Of a stretch of DNA of 64,000 nt, positions 25,806 to 39,099 are shown piece after piece (positions within the stretch are counted from its first letter, which is position 1; every line of letters begins with the position of its first letter). A model generated the notes under the pieces. It was not told the DNA's origin and ran no database searches. It saw nothing but the letters and a program-made list of their open reading frames with translations. Origin of the DNA: Blasia pusilla (Eukaryota). Where the stretch lies: assembly GCA_050084515.1 (NCBI GenBank), contig CM114271.1, positions 15,996,001-16,060,000 of the forward strand, in the 5' to 3' direction. The translations under genes and the position numbers were made by a program.

Positions 25806-28418
25806 AGGATGCAGATGGTTTCAGCCGTAATCCATGCTTGAGTCAGCGAGATGGACTGAAGCTCGTTGGCATGGTGAGAGTGATGAGGAGTTGGTGCCAA
25901 GATGGCATGCGTCAGCCTATTTGGGCTTGTTGGCTATGGAGAGCCACATTGCGGAGACTTTGATGGCGAAGTCTAATGGAGAGTCCTTAGATCCAGAGGC
26001 CGGTGAGAATACGACAGGTGGTCGAGATATTCACGTCGATGGAGTGGTCTTGGAGTACCCCTTTGCACTGGCAGCGTTGCAAGCACAATGGGTGCTAGAG
26101 AGCGGGATCCGATCCTACATCAAGCCAGATGGTTCCGATGGGAGGGGACACATGTGTTGCGAGTGTGGAAGGATGGTAGAGTGCGTGTAGTGCCTCATCC
26201 TTCATAGAGAGCACGTTTGGTGCGTCATGTCCACGAGGAATTTGGTCATTTTGGATTGAAGCGGACATACAGCTTGCTCCAGATACAGTGTTGGTGGTGA
26301 GGCATAGAGACTGACGTTCAGCAGTTTGTTACCAGGTGTATGGTCTATGACCAAGTCTGAGCATCGTTAAATCCTCTGACCCCATATTTGCATCCACTTC
26401 CTATCATGGGTTTAAGTTATAGATGGAGTTTGGATTTTGGAGGACCTTTGCCTTTGATGGAGGGTCATAGTCGTTCTGTGTTGGTGATGGTCGAGCATTC
26501 TTGAAATGGATAGAGTTGGTTGCATTTCATGACAAAGCGAGTGAGGGAGTAGCGTATGCCTTCCTAAATCGAGTGCTGAGTCCTTATGCCACACCACCTG
26601 AGGTGTTGATACACCAAGGTACAGAGTTTTGCGGGGAGTTTCAGGCCTTGTGTGATTAGGCGCTGATCGATCACCGCACCACTTTGCAAGATCATCTTAA
26701 GGTGGATGGACTAGCAAAGAGGGTTATGCAAATGATGAAGAGAGATTTACACAAGTATGACTTGCAAAGAGGTCACTTAGGAGATTGGAACCTCCAGTTA
26801 TCGTGGTTGGCGATATGATACAAATTTAGCAGGCAAGAATTCTTATCTCATCCGTACTTGTTGCTTTATGGCCGAGAGCCAGATTTACGTGCGGCCATTC
26901 GTCCAGATATTGGTGAGGTGTTGAACCTTGATGACCCTGATGTATGGATGCGAGCATGTTCTTAGAGGGCTGAGTTGTTTCGGAGAGTGGTGCCCATGGC
27001 ATTTGAGAACTTGGAGATTGCGCAGCATTGGGATACGTTGAGGTATGCGACTATTTGGAGAGGTGGTTATCGACCTACTATCCAGAGATTTCATCATGGA
27101 GACTATGTCTAATTGCAGCAGACGGCACCTACGATGTTAGATGTAACTGCAAGGCGCACCCTCTTGAGAGTGCGTGACATTTTTCCATCTGATGTTCTCT
27201 TATTGGAGGGACGGGATGATATGGTATGGTTTGGAAGGACCATGTGCGTAACTGTGCGCCATGTCATCTTTCAAACATTGACAGTACAATTGATCCGAGC
27301 TTAGTAGTAGTTCCTGTAAGCTTACGGTGTATGTTGTGTGGTTTCGCCCGTATTGCAGCCACTATGCTAGTCTGTGATGGGTGTTCGAGAGGATGGCATA
27401 TGGCATGTTTGACGCCACCTCTCACTAGGATTCTTGAGGGATGATGGATTTGTCCCAGATGTACATAGAGTGGATAGTTCTAGATTTTGACTTGTGTGTG
27501 TGACATGGATGACAAGAAGGCGACTAACGATGGGGCCACATGAGCACCCGACCTTTTTGCTCTTAGTGTTTGAGAGATGTATGTCATGATAGGTAGGGAT
27601 AGTTGGCTATCTAGCGTTAGACGGACCTAACCACCAGCTAAGGGGGCGATTGGAGATATTTTAGTACTTCTTGCCTTGTTTTTTGGATGCCATGAGTTAG
27701 CATGGGATCGTGCGTGTTTGTGTGTATGTTTGTTGACAGCGATGTATGTTGTATAGCGATGTGTATGCGCACGACAGTTGTCACGACTTTTAGGATAGAT
27801 CGGCGAGATCTAGTAACACGCCTTCGGGGATGCTGGAGGACAATCTCATGAGGTGGAGGATGACGAGTTGAGGCTATGGGTAATCTGCGAGAACAGGTTT
27901 CCCCTTCATTTCGGTTCATTTGGAGCCATATAGAGAAACTTACTATTTTGGGTAAATTTTCATTTGGAGCATATTTTACTTTCCACTTTGGGAAGTATTC
28001 CTTGACCCGCTACAGCATATCAAGAGCCAAGGAGATGACTTGCAAACAAAGGTTACCGAGGAGAGAGTTTGGGAGAGGGAAGGGGGTATACCTCAAGGAG
28101 AGAGAGCTTGAGAGCTCATTCTTTCTTTATTGAACCTCTTGGCACGAGGCGGCAGAGTTATGGTCCCTTGCCTTGTAAGTGTAACCTGAGCCTCTCATTA
28201 GAAGAGTGGATTTGGTTTGACATTGAGAGAGACATGTGAGAGTGCACACATTTGAGAGCTATAGTGTTGAGAGAGATTGAATCTTGATTTATTAAAGATA
28301 TTTTAGTACTATTTGGCTCTTGGTTTGGATGCCATGAGTTAGCATGGGATCATGCATGTTTATGTGTTTTTTTGTTGACAAAGATGTAAGTTGTATAGCA
28401 ATGTGTATGCGCATGACA
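25806..28418 (+). mobile_element. Retroelement copy 2, 3' half (RNase H end, integrase, PHD, PPT-B1-A2-B2); host site of copy 1
   Basis: Starts mid-RNase H (DADGFSRNPCLSQRD); integrase motifs; CMLC..CDGC..WHMAC PHD at about 27330-27465; ends GCGCATGACA at 28418. Confidence 0.9.
27650..28418 (+). repeat. Split terminal repeat block B1 (27650-27776), A2 (27779-28296), B2 (28297-28418)
   Basis: B1 and B2 are direct repeats of about 125 bp flanking A; PPT AAGGGGGCGA at 27640-27649. Confidence 0.9.
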
Positions 28419-29100
28419 TAGTGGAGCACTTCTCCGAGTGGATTGAGCTTGTAGTGTTGCTAATCAAGTTAAGTGAAGGAGTTGCATTTATGGATCAAAT
28501 GCTTAGTTATTTTGGCGTGCTAGCAAAGATGCATGCAGATCAAGGGACAAAGTTTTGGAATGAGTTATAGACCTTGTGTGATCATACCTTAGTTGATCTG
28601 AACATGATCACCACACCATATCACAACATGATTGTGAGATACATGGATTGACATATTGGGTGGTTTAGACGATGAAGAGGAGTTTATGCAAGTATAACTT
28701 GGAGCAACGACACTTATGAGATTGGGAACCGGTTTAGTTGGCATGCATACATGGCCTTCTCTTCATCTCATTTTTTTAATGGAAATTTATTAGATTTGGA
28801 ACAAAATTATTCATGGGGATGCGGTGGAGGTTGTGGATCTTGGTGACCCATATATATGGATGAGGATGCATTCTCATTGGATAGAGCTCTTTTGACAAGC
28901 CATGCCCATGGCATTTTAGAACCTAGCTATTGCTCAATATAATATCACGTTGAGATATGCAATATTTTAAAGAGATAAATATCACCCAAGGATTTATAGA
29001 TTTCATCATTATGGTAATTTTGAATTTTTGTAAAGAGCATTAGTAACTTCGGATGTAATTGCATGACATAGAGACGTATTTCCATGAGGGGTTCTTGTGT
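28419..29100 (+). pseudogene. Older, highly decayed integrase of a related element; host site of copy 2
   Basis: VEHFSEWIELV, DQGTKF and AMPMAF*NLAIAQ remnants. Confidence 0.8.
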
Positions 29101-32100
29101 GTATCCTCTTTCTTAGTACAATAGAAAATGAGAAATTCACATTTATATTTCCTACTAGACTAAAAATTGAATTTTGGTGAATATTGATTTAACCCCTAAT
29201 TCCCTACTATCAAAATAATTACCTTTTTTAGCCTTCATAGAAATAATTTAATCATGTAATCTTTACAAAATGGCTAAACAAGCGCGACTGATGGAATATG
29301 CAAGGTTGTACAAAGATGGATTTGTCGAGACATGCCACCCCGCACTTGATCCCAATTTTTTTCTCATACTGTCCCGCGCATCCCTCCTACACCCCTCTTG
29401 CATGTTGCCCATGCGCCTCCTATGCGGGCAAGATGTCAGTTAGATATGGGCCAAGGTCGCGAAAGAGCTACGTGCCAAGAGCGGGGGGTGTGGTGCAAAA
29501 TCACGTGTAGACAAAGGGGACAAGGTGCAAGATGCGGGCGGTCATTTCCTTGACAGTCTTGAGTTAGGATCATGGTTGAATGATCCAGACTTCCACCAAT
29601 TCGCTTTTTTTGCTATTGGATGTAAAGTTATATACACTCACTTCTAACATTAATCTCAAAGTCCAAGCAAAAAATGGTTCTCATGTTATGGTGGAGGATG
29701 TCCATTATAAAGATGGGATTTTCACTTCTATATCTATTAAGATTACCACTTGTGCTCAAACTATATCCATTACAAGAGTTTACTTTTCCACACTAAGTTA
29801 TAGTTTCAATTGTAAGTATTACAAAAACCACATTCACACTTTCACTTGGTTATGCCATAAGGACATAAAAGCCAAGGCCTTACTATAAAAGGTAAGTGCT
29901 TGTTGGCAGTAAAATCTGCTTTTGCGCTTTGCTTAGTTTATGTTATGCTCTCTCGAGCTCATATTAGAGAATATATAAGAATACTTTGAAAGTTGGTTCA
30001 TTCTCATTGCTTCACTTTCAACCAAGATTCCTAATCATAAGCTTTGTCGGAGTGTTACTAATAGTTCTATTTCAGAATGGCATCTTACGATAGTACTTCA
30101 AGATCAGAAGGCAACATCGTCAAATCATCCTCTCACTAACATGCAACAAGTGCAGCAAGCTCTTTCTTAGGATCATACCTCGTACAAAAATGACACAATC
30201 CTAGTTTAGACCCAAGCATCCTCAGTAGACGCGTCACAATAGCATGTAATTTGTATCATTCCTCATAAGCAATTTCCACTCATACTTGTCTTCCGTATTG
30301 CTTCTAACATCTCTATAGACCCCAGTAAACTACATGGACTTTGCCAATATGATCCTAAATGACATTCACAGATGCAAAAAAGTCGTATCCATCACACTAC
30401 GTTCAACCCACAAAAAATTAGATGCCGTTCTACGACAATCTCGACCTCTATCCAACAGTTTGGAAGAATGGTATTACTAATGGACAGATCTAGGGAATTA
30501 TCACACAAGGTAAGTGATGGGATGAAAAGTTTTGCCTCCAAAATAAGGATGCTTTTGCCATTGGTACAATTAGCAAAAAAATTTCATATTCACTAATTTA
30601 TTTCATTCCTCTGCGCGACAAATCTCCACCCTCTACTGCAATATTCAAATCTTTTATACAATTTTACCCCTCCCATATCTTACTTACACTTTGTCTCATG
30701 TGTAGGTATTCAAAAGGAGGCACTACAAGAAAGTAGAGTTTAATGAGACTACTCTTACACGTTCTTAGGCAAACAAATTCTTCTCCATATCTTATTGGGG
30801 ATAAGATTACACCAGCTCCACGCTTTGAGGCATGAGTTTCACTTACCTTTTCCAATGGTTATAGACCTTACCGCATCAAAAGCATCCCATCTCATCCCTA
30901 GGATGAAACTTGCAAGATCTAAAGGGGAACTTCGTGATTTTACACTACCGAGGATTACAAATGATACTCCTCACCTTGTCCCCATTTTGCATGACTTTGA
31001 CAATGTCAATGTGAAATTTGAACCAAATTTGTTCATCTCACCCATTGATTTTACTACATGTGAGCTTGACACTCATATTACATCACCAGAAAATCACAAG
31101 TGTCCTTAAATAGCTTCAGGTATTGCACACTCACTTTCCTTTCATTACTTTCAATTTCTAGTTATTTCTTCATGCATTTCTAACACGCTGAATTTTATAC
31201 TCTTTTGCGTCATGACCAGGATGACCATGAGTATATTTCTTGGGCAACATCCCAGATGTTATGCACTTCATATCATGTAGCAATTTTTTCTCTTTTCTTT
31301 CATGAAAAGATGTTTGATTTCCAAACTTTCAATACTACATATGTCTCATGAAGTTCTCAATATTTTGAATAATTTCATAGACACTTTATATGCACAATAG
31401 ATTCTTTATTGTCTCATATCCAATGTGTTATTTCCACACTACTTTGTTCTTCAAGATCCACTCAGTCACATATCACTACACGTCTCCAATTATCTCTTCT
31501 ATTGATATACAAATATATTTCATTTCTTTGATGGATGAATATCGTCTCAACCTTACTCATTTCTCTCACTCCCACGAATTACATTCTTTCCCATAAATTT
31601 TTTGAGTTCAATATGGCAAATGAGGACAAAACTTCCATACCGCCGTCCTCAGTTCAGTCGACCGGTAGTTTCATCATCTCCACAAATAGCAAGCATGTTG
31701 AATAATGAAAACTTGACACTCTTGCCAACATCTTCAGAATCACGTGTTCCACTTCAAGTCTATAAGAGGCTCTTTCAGAATTTGGACGAACTTCAAGACC
31801 AGAATTCAATTATGACTTTGCATGTTTCTACTCTATCTTCAAGAGTTTGTGAAGCTATGGAGAGAACTGAGAAAGCTAAATGTGACGTTGGCCAGTACAA
31901 AACCAACCTTGTGGATGCATTTGAGTTCTTCAAGAACTTCATCAACGACACAAAAATCCGTACACAAGGGAATATGAAATTGCAACTTCAGGAAGCTGTT
32001 ATAAAATCACTGTTACACACATTCATTTGATCTTTATCTTATTGTAGCAAGAGACATCATGAAAAATTACAATATAACTACTTTCAGCAAAGGTTGTAGA

Positions 32101-33762
32101 ATTAGTCTTCTATCATACAGTTTTCTTGCTCTGACTTCATCAGGTTTGCAATATATCTCAATAGCTCAGTACCTGACATATACATCACTTTGCAATGACA
32201 CTTTTTCTACTTCCTCTCAAATTTTTATGCTCACTTTCATTCATGCAAGTCTAAGCACAAAAATACAATCTTCAAAGACCAAGCAACTTGTTTACTCTAT
32301 GATTTTCGACTTTCTTATACCATACTTTAACTCAATATCTAAACTCAAACTTGCATCGCATTACACTCTTACTAATTATCACCTTCCATTTTCTTTAGGG
32401 TTAAATTCATTGAGGGCATTTCTGTCACTCTTATTCATTAGCCATTACTTCTTTATCCATACACTTCTCATCTTAGAAAAATTACCCTCAACACCTCCTA
32501 CTTTTAAGTTTTCTTTGCATTATACTTGCACACTTGTTGCAAACACTTTAGATACGGCTTAGCTGGCGCATTTTTTCCATGGAATTTCTAAGATTTTTTG
32601 AACAAATAGCCACATTGTCGTTGCTTTCTACTTTGCAAGTTGAAAGCGGGGGAGAGGGCACGGGATATCCGCATGCCACAAAAAACCATAGCCTGACTGT
32701 CCTCGCACTGATCCACAATCGCTAACTAGACACAAAATCCAACAATGTTATAATCATAACAAATCCATAATCACAAAGAACCAACGTGAATTGCTCATAT
32801 TCACTTCAGTCATTTTTTTCTATTGATAGTTTCACATAAAGCCACACACTATCAAGACGCTCATATGCCCTTCCTTATAAGCCAACACCAATTTTCAACT
32901 ACAAGTGTCCATTTTTCCTTCTACATCATTTTGGTTCATCATACTATTACAAGTTAATGTGGCCGCACAATTGTTTAAATGGGACATATGTTTTATCATA
33001 ATTCAAAAATTATTACTCCGTGTCACACTTGTAATTGGTCGTACAAGCTCAAGTGGAAATAAAAGTGCCAATTGAAGTTCTCTAATTTAGAGAAGAAAGG
33101 AAAGATGAACCTTAATAAATATGCATGATAGAAAACCCATCAGAAAAACAAAAGAGGGGGACTCAAAGAGTCGAATATACAAAGGCCACAACCGGCCCCG
33201 AAGAGGAAGAAAGTGTGAAAACTGAAAGTAAGGAGGAGAAAGTGGAGGGGGAGAGCGGAAGGAAAGCTGGAGAGAGGGGAGCGGAGAGCCCAAAAATGCC
33301 ATAACCGCGCCAAAGCAAAGGAAGAATGAGGTAAGATAGGCTTGCATGTTCATATTCCTTACTCTCAATCTCTTATCACCCATAACTTATAATTTTCGGT
33401 TTAAATAACCCGAAAATAAAACCAAAACTAGTCTCACTCTAGTTATGGCCCCTAGAGGTTCTCTTTTTCCTTGGCCATATGGAGTATCCAGGTGTCATCT
33501 ATTATTAATTACTTTCTTCTCTCCCGTTACCCGTCTCAAAGGAAACGGGCGCATGCATGTAATTTTTTCATGCATGTAATTTTTTTCGCTTTTCCCATCC
33601 ATCTGCGGCTCTTCCAGTGCGGCGCGTGAGACTCGGTGAACATCGAACGTCGATAGAACCATGTCAACGGTCGAGATGCTACCAATGCCCTACCCTGGAT
33701 TCCAGCGGCGCGGATAGATTGTCCGAACCTGACAAGCACACAGCATTCCGGCTCGTAAACAC

Positions 33763-33819
33763 CACGTGGCATAGACGGAAGAGATCGATTGTAATCCCAA
33801 GCCATTCTGTACACGTGGC
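33763..33819 (+). promoter_or_regulatory. Two G-box/ABRE motifs (CACGTGGC) upstream of ferritin
   Basis: CACGTGGC at 33763 and 33812, about 350-400 bp before the ATG. Confidence 0.55.
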
Positions 33820-34162
33820 GCGCGGGACGGAGGCCGGGGTGTGTGCAGGGCGCGTGCTCCGTTACTTTTTTGGGGTGAAATTCCTGTCTCGATTTTGCAT
33901 CGTCACCGTCTCATCCCCTGAACAAGTAGAGACCCCGTGCCCGCCCCGCCTCATTCTCAGCATTTCAGTCTCTCACCTTCCTCTTGCGCGTCCGCTTCTG
34001 CTTCTCCTTCTTCCTCTGGGATCGTTCGCGTCTTGGGAGAGTTCCTTATGCTTTGAGAGCGTTGCGGAGGATTGACAGCGCAGGACTGAGTTTGGAAAGG
34101 CGATTCGGTGAGTGTGTTGCTGTGGAGGTCGTCTGAACGAGTTCGGAAAGGTAGGGGTGGCG

Positions 34163-36183
34163 ATGGCTTTGCACTCGGCCTCTGTGGCGATTGCCGGATC
34201 ACTTGCGTGTGTTTCGCTTGGACTCCGGCAGGCGGAGCAGAGCGTGCGGAGCCTTGAGGTGCCCTCGGTTCTCCGTAGGAATAATGTGGGCAGACTGGTT
34301 ACTGTGCGAGCGGCGGATTCGGCCGTCGACTCGAAGGCGCTCACCGGTGTTGTCTTCGAACCTTTCAGAGAGGTTCAGAACGACGCCTTCTTGCTGCCTC
34401 AAAACCCCCGAGAATCGTTAGCTCGGCAGCGCTATGATGTGTCATGCGAATCAGCTGTCAACGATCAGATTAAGTAAGTACAATAGAATTGGAGGAGATT
34501 TCTCTACATAAATGAAGGTGTGCATCTAGTTCAGGGTTTGTTATGCTCCCCTCTCTTTGTTCTACATCACACGAAGAGATGTTATCTCACTCTGTGGTTT
34601 GTCATCTGCAATGTAGCGTGGAGTACAACGTCTCTTATGTATACCACGCCTTGTTCGCCTACTTCGACCGCGATAACGTAGCCCTGGCAGGCTTTGCCAA
34701 GTAAGTGAGAATCGTGCCTTCCCGTAGATTTCAGTGAAGTACACGGTTCGCAGTGGTCGCATTCGGTTTTCTGTCTTGAGTGCTTGCCCATGGCGCCAAT
34801 CTCATTATTCGGCCGTCGGAACATTCATGATCAGGTATTTCAAAGAGGCAAGCGAGGAAGAAAGGGGGCACGCAGAGAAGCTGATGAAGTACCAGGTACT
34901 GTTTCAGCCATCATCCGTTACCCTTTGCTGAGGTGTACACATCATGTCCTCCTGGTCGAACGCAGTAGGACACATTCTACCAGCGGGGAAGTATCTTCAA
35001 CCTGAAGTAGTCCGGCCTCAGTTCGTTAGGCTCGTTTTGTCGGTTCGAAAGTCTAGGAGTCTCCTAGCCATGTATCTTGCTTGCGCTCCACATTGGTTGG
35101 TCTGTTCCTGGCCCAAGTCTTCGTGATACCTATGTGAGTGGATGAGTGGATAAATCTCAGCTAGTCTCCGTACGAATGTGGAAACCTCGTTAGTGTTCTG
35201 ACCTTGGATTTGTCCTCATTCAGAACCAAAGGGGTGGCAGGGTGAAACTCCAGTCCATTGTCATGCCTCTAATGGAATTCGACAATGAAGAGAAGGGAGA
35301 CGCTCTCTACGGTAAGGACGTTTTTGACAAACTGGTTGAAGGTTCATTGGATTGTGAATATGAACGCTGAAAGATATTCGGGATGTTCTATCTTCTCTGG
35401 CCAAGACGAGCGTATCCGGGGTTCGAGTGTCGAAGCTGTTATTTACTTTTCCTCTTATTGCTGCCTGTGTATGCCAGCCATGGAGCTCGCGCTTTCCCTG
35501 GAGAAGTTGACAATGGAGAAACTCTATGGCCTTCATAAGGCATGTTCATACTTTGATACTCTATTTATTTGGTTTCTAGTGGCCATTTTACTCTTAACGC
35601 CTCATTTATCCTCAAGTATCTCATCTAGTCTTCGTTTCTGAACACTACTTGATGGAGGGCTGGTTTCATCTTGGAACAGGTTGCGGAGGATGCCCACGAC
35701 GTGCAGTTGATCGACTTCGTGGAGAGCCAGTTCCTCTCAGAGCAGGTGCTTTTTCTTATTTCCGATGGTGTCTCCACTCTTTCAATGATTGCAGAGGCCA
35801 CTCCGGAGGGTTAGGAAAATTTCCATTCGGCAGTACTTTTCTAATGATTCGGATGTGTTAATGTGGATTTTAAACAAGCAATCTAGGAAAACTAGATGTG
35901 TCTCGGCAAGTGTATGAAGGGAGTGATAATGGTCTCTGTGCAGGTTGAAGCAATTAAGGAAGTTTCCGAGTACGTTGCACAACTGAGAAGAATCGGAAAG
36001 GATGGTCACGGTAAAGATTTAACAACCTTGTCCATGTACCATTCATGCACGCTCTAGTAATCGTCTGTTTCCGTTTCTACTGGATTTGTTACCCGGACGA
36101 GTTTTCACAAATTCTTATGGGAGGCCTTGCCATCGCTGTATGTTCCAGGTATCTTCCACTTCGACCGACTGTTGCACAAGTAA
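34163..36183 (+). CDS. FER: Plastid ferritin, 8 exons, 257 aa
   Basis: Exons 34163-34473, 34617-34700, 34835-34895, 35224-35311, 35478-35539, 35680-35745, 35944-36010, 36149-36183 (774 nt); transit peptide, [41 protein letters not shown]. Confidence 0.96.
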
Positions 36184-39099
36184 ACTCTACCAATGCAATA
36201 CACCGACATTCTTTGCGGATAGTCCCCACTGCTGCGAAGGTGATTGCATTGAGGTTGCCTTTAACAGAAGCAGCCATCTCTAGTCCAGAAGTCGAGGATA
36301 GCTCTAGGTGATGTCGTCATAAGCTCCCGCCTGATTTAGTAGAATTTGTACTATCATAGGGGATTGGACCGCTGGAAGTCATCCTTGGAGTGGTCGTTTT
36401 TCATCTACGGGGCTATGATAGCTGTTGCACTTCACCACCGTACGCTGTGGATGGTTGTAAAGAAACAACATGTACTGGTTTACGAGGGTGAAATCATAAA
36501 TGTTTATAAATCATTTTTTTCTCTCTGATTGAATGTTCCGTGCCTCTCGCACTGATCGATGCTTTAGAGTCATTTCGAGTAGGACTGTGTGAAGTACCCG
36601 TGGATGTAGTGTAGAGATTTCGAATAATGAACTTTTGTTCTTTAAGAACTGGGATGGAAAGATGGAAAGAGAAACTAAAATTGAGAAGTGCGTGGTATGG
36701 TAGTGCCAAGAAAATGACTAGAAAGCTTTTGTTAAAACACTCTCGCGAATAATCCTCTGATGTGAGCAGGCAAGACTGTGAGATACTCGAAAAAGTCTGT
36801 AAAGTATCAAAGCTCGTAATGCAAGCAGTCAACCTGGGAAATGAAAGCGATACAAGAGATAAATATCGCGGAGGCTGATTGAAAATATCGAATTGTGTAC
36901 AGTAAAATTAGAAACCATAGATGATATCCAGACTTAATCGCAACTCTTCGTTGAGATATGGTACAGGTATCTGACTTCGACTTTTGCGTTGGATGCAAGC
37001 ATGTCTTAATGGAGACTCCATAAAATTGCACCAATGACTTTTGAGAACTTGACTATTACCAAACGTAGGGATAAGTAAAGGGATGCAGTTATTTATGGAA
37101 GAGGCTATCGTCAACAGACGACTAACTTTTACGTTGGATGTTGCGCGGTACGAGCCAGGTTTAGCACTAGGAAGACCGGTCCTGCACGATAAAAGTACAA
37201 GTCCACGATGTATTTCACTTATCCGAGTTAGGCAATGGAGACCCCCTGGTATGTGCCGCTGTCCTAATCCGAAGATAGGAGAGTACCGCTTCTGACGGAG
37301 GTTACGTGGTCATTTCGCCGAGTGTATATTTACAACAAAGGCGACCCATAACACTAGATAATCCTACATATCATATGACAATTGATATTCATGACTTTTG
37401 ACCTATCAAAGTTCTCATATTAGAGCGTTGAAATCATTTTTATATATATGTGGAACATCGAAGGTGAAAGATCCACCTTCTTAGAACAAAGATGGCCTTT
37501 GGTTCATATATAAAAGGTGTTACTATCTAAACATGGTTATGGCTAAGAGTAGGGATAAGTTGAGGTATGCAATCATTTATGCGAGGGCTTTTTTTTGTCC
37601 TTATGATCTTTTAGGACAACCTAAAAGGTTGTATATTAGTTGCAAGTTGTTCGAACCTTACTCCCTTTCGTTATAGTTGATTTGACAAGATGGATTAAAA
37701 GGAAGCTTATTTCCATCAAAAGTGATAAGACACGATTAATGTAATGGGACAAACTACCCAATATACTAAAACCCTATTTAGAATGCTTTCATCTAAGGAT
37801 GCTAGTGGAATTTGAAAATGGTCATTAGTCATTAAAACTATCTTATGAAAGATCCAAGATTCTTTTAATGTGAAGGAAACAAAAGGAAACTCAATTATGA
37901 ACAGAGAGTTTGTCCATGCGGGTGTAGCTACCCACGGCTTGCACCCGAGGCTGTGGCGTAGGCCGGAGCTAATTGAGCCCGCAATTGCTATGTCGTCAGC
38001 ACCAGCCCATAGGATGGATTATGTCCCCATTGGATGGGCTTAGTCGCGGGCTTTATGTGGATCTTGCGCATGCCTGAACTCATCCAATGGGGATCCAGCC
38101 CACCCTTCGGGCTAGTGTAGGCTGCGTGTGGGCCACAAGACGAGTGAGGGCTTGTACAACCCAGGTCTATGCTATGGGCTCGGTATGCTAAGGGGCAGGC
38201 TAAGATGTAAGATGCAGATACCCAAGCGGCATGTCCGTGCCATGGATCCATATTTTCAACTTCAAATATGAAGGACCCATATTTCCAACCCAACGGAACC
38301 TTGTTCAAAAGATCTTCATCTATATACATCAATATTTCCAACTCCAAATTTACGCCCACAAAGCTCAAAGAAAAAAGTCATCACTTCTTAAAAAACATAC
38401 CAATAGTGAAGATGTATAGAACTTCATTAAGTGCTATATATAATTTTTAAATCAGTTGGTAAAAAATATTCAAAAGATTACTAAATAACAAGGAAGCCTT
38501 GCAAATCCTTGACAACTTTAGGTTAGTTCAATTTTAGACTCCCTAAGAAGTAAAAAATTTCAAGACATAGAAAATCAATCTCCCCACTAAGTGTCTATCA
38601 AAATTAACAGCCTTGTGAAGATTAAAGTCTCAAAAAAAAAGTTGGGAAATTAATCCAATGGAACTTGTATCATCGTAAGGTTATCAATTGTAGCACTGTA
38701 TCCATTATGGGAGGCGGCACTATGATAGGGCATGCATCATGCTTGGTTAGCTAATATTTACGAGCCCAAGTGAATATCTTATACACACCAAACATATCCC
38801 AAGTCTCATTCCCATCGGTTGAATGATGGAAATAAGCCTCTCTCTCACCTTCATGATCATTGTGATCCTCTTAAGTTTCTATCAAAACGCATTAATCTTA
38901 GTATTAGTTATATCTCATGGGGACCATGTGGTTACACCACATCTCTTGATGTGCCCTAAAATCCTCCAATAGAAAGATATAACAAGTATTAATAGATTTT
39001 CTTGGGCCATGCTCCTTTGTGTGTGAGTTAAGAGTGATAGGAGATGGGAGAAGATAGTTCCAAGGCCTTAAAGGGGTTTTGTACTCCCCCATTTTGAGG

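Noticed and set aside
33820-33840. IDRS iron-responsive element
   Set aside because: Only a partial GAGGCCG match; insufficient
37915-38240. MITE or structured RNA in a GC-rich patch
   Set aside because: No clear TIR/TSD or RNA-family motif found by eye
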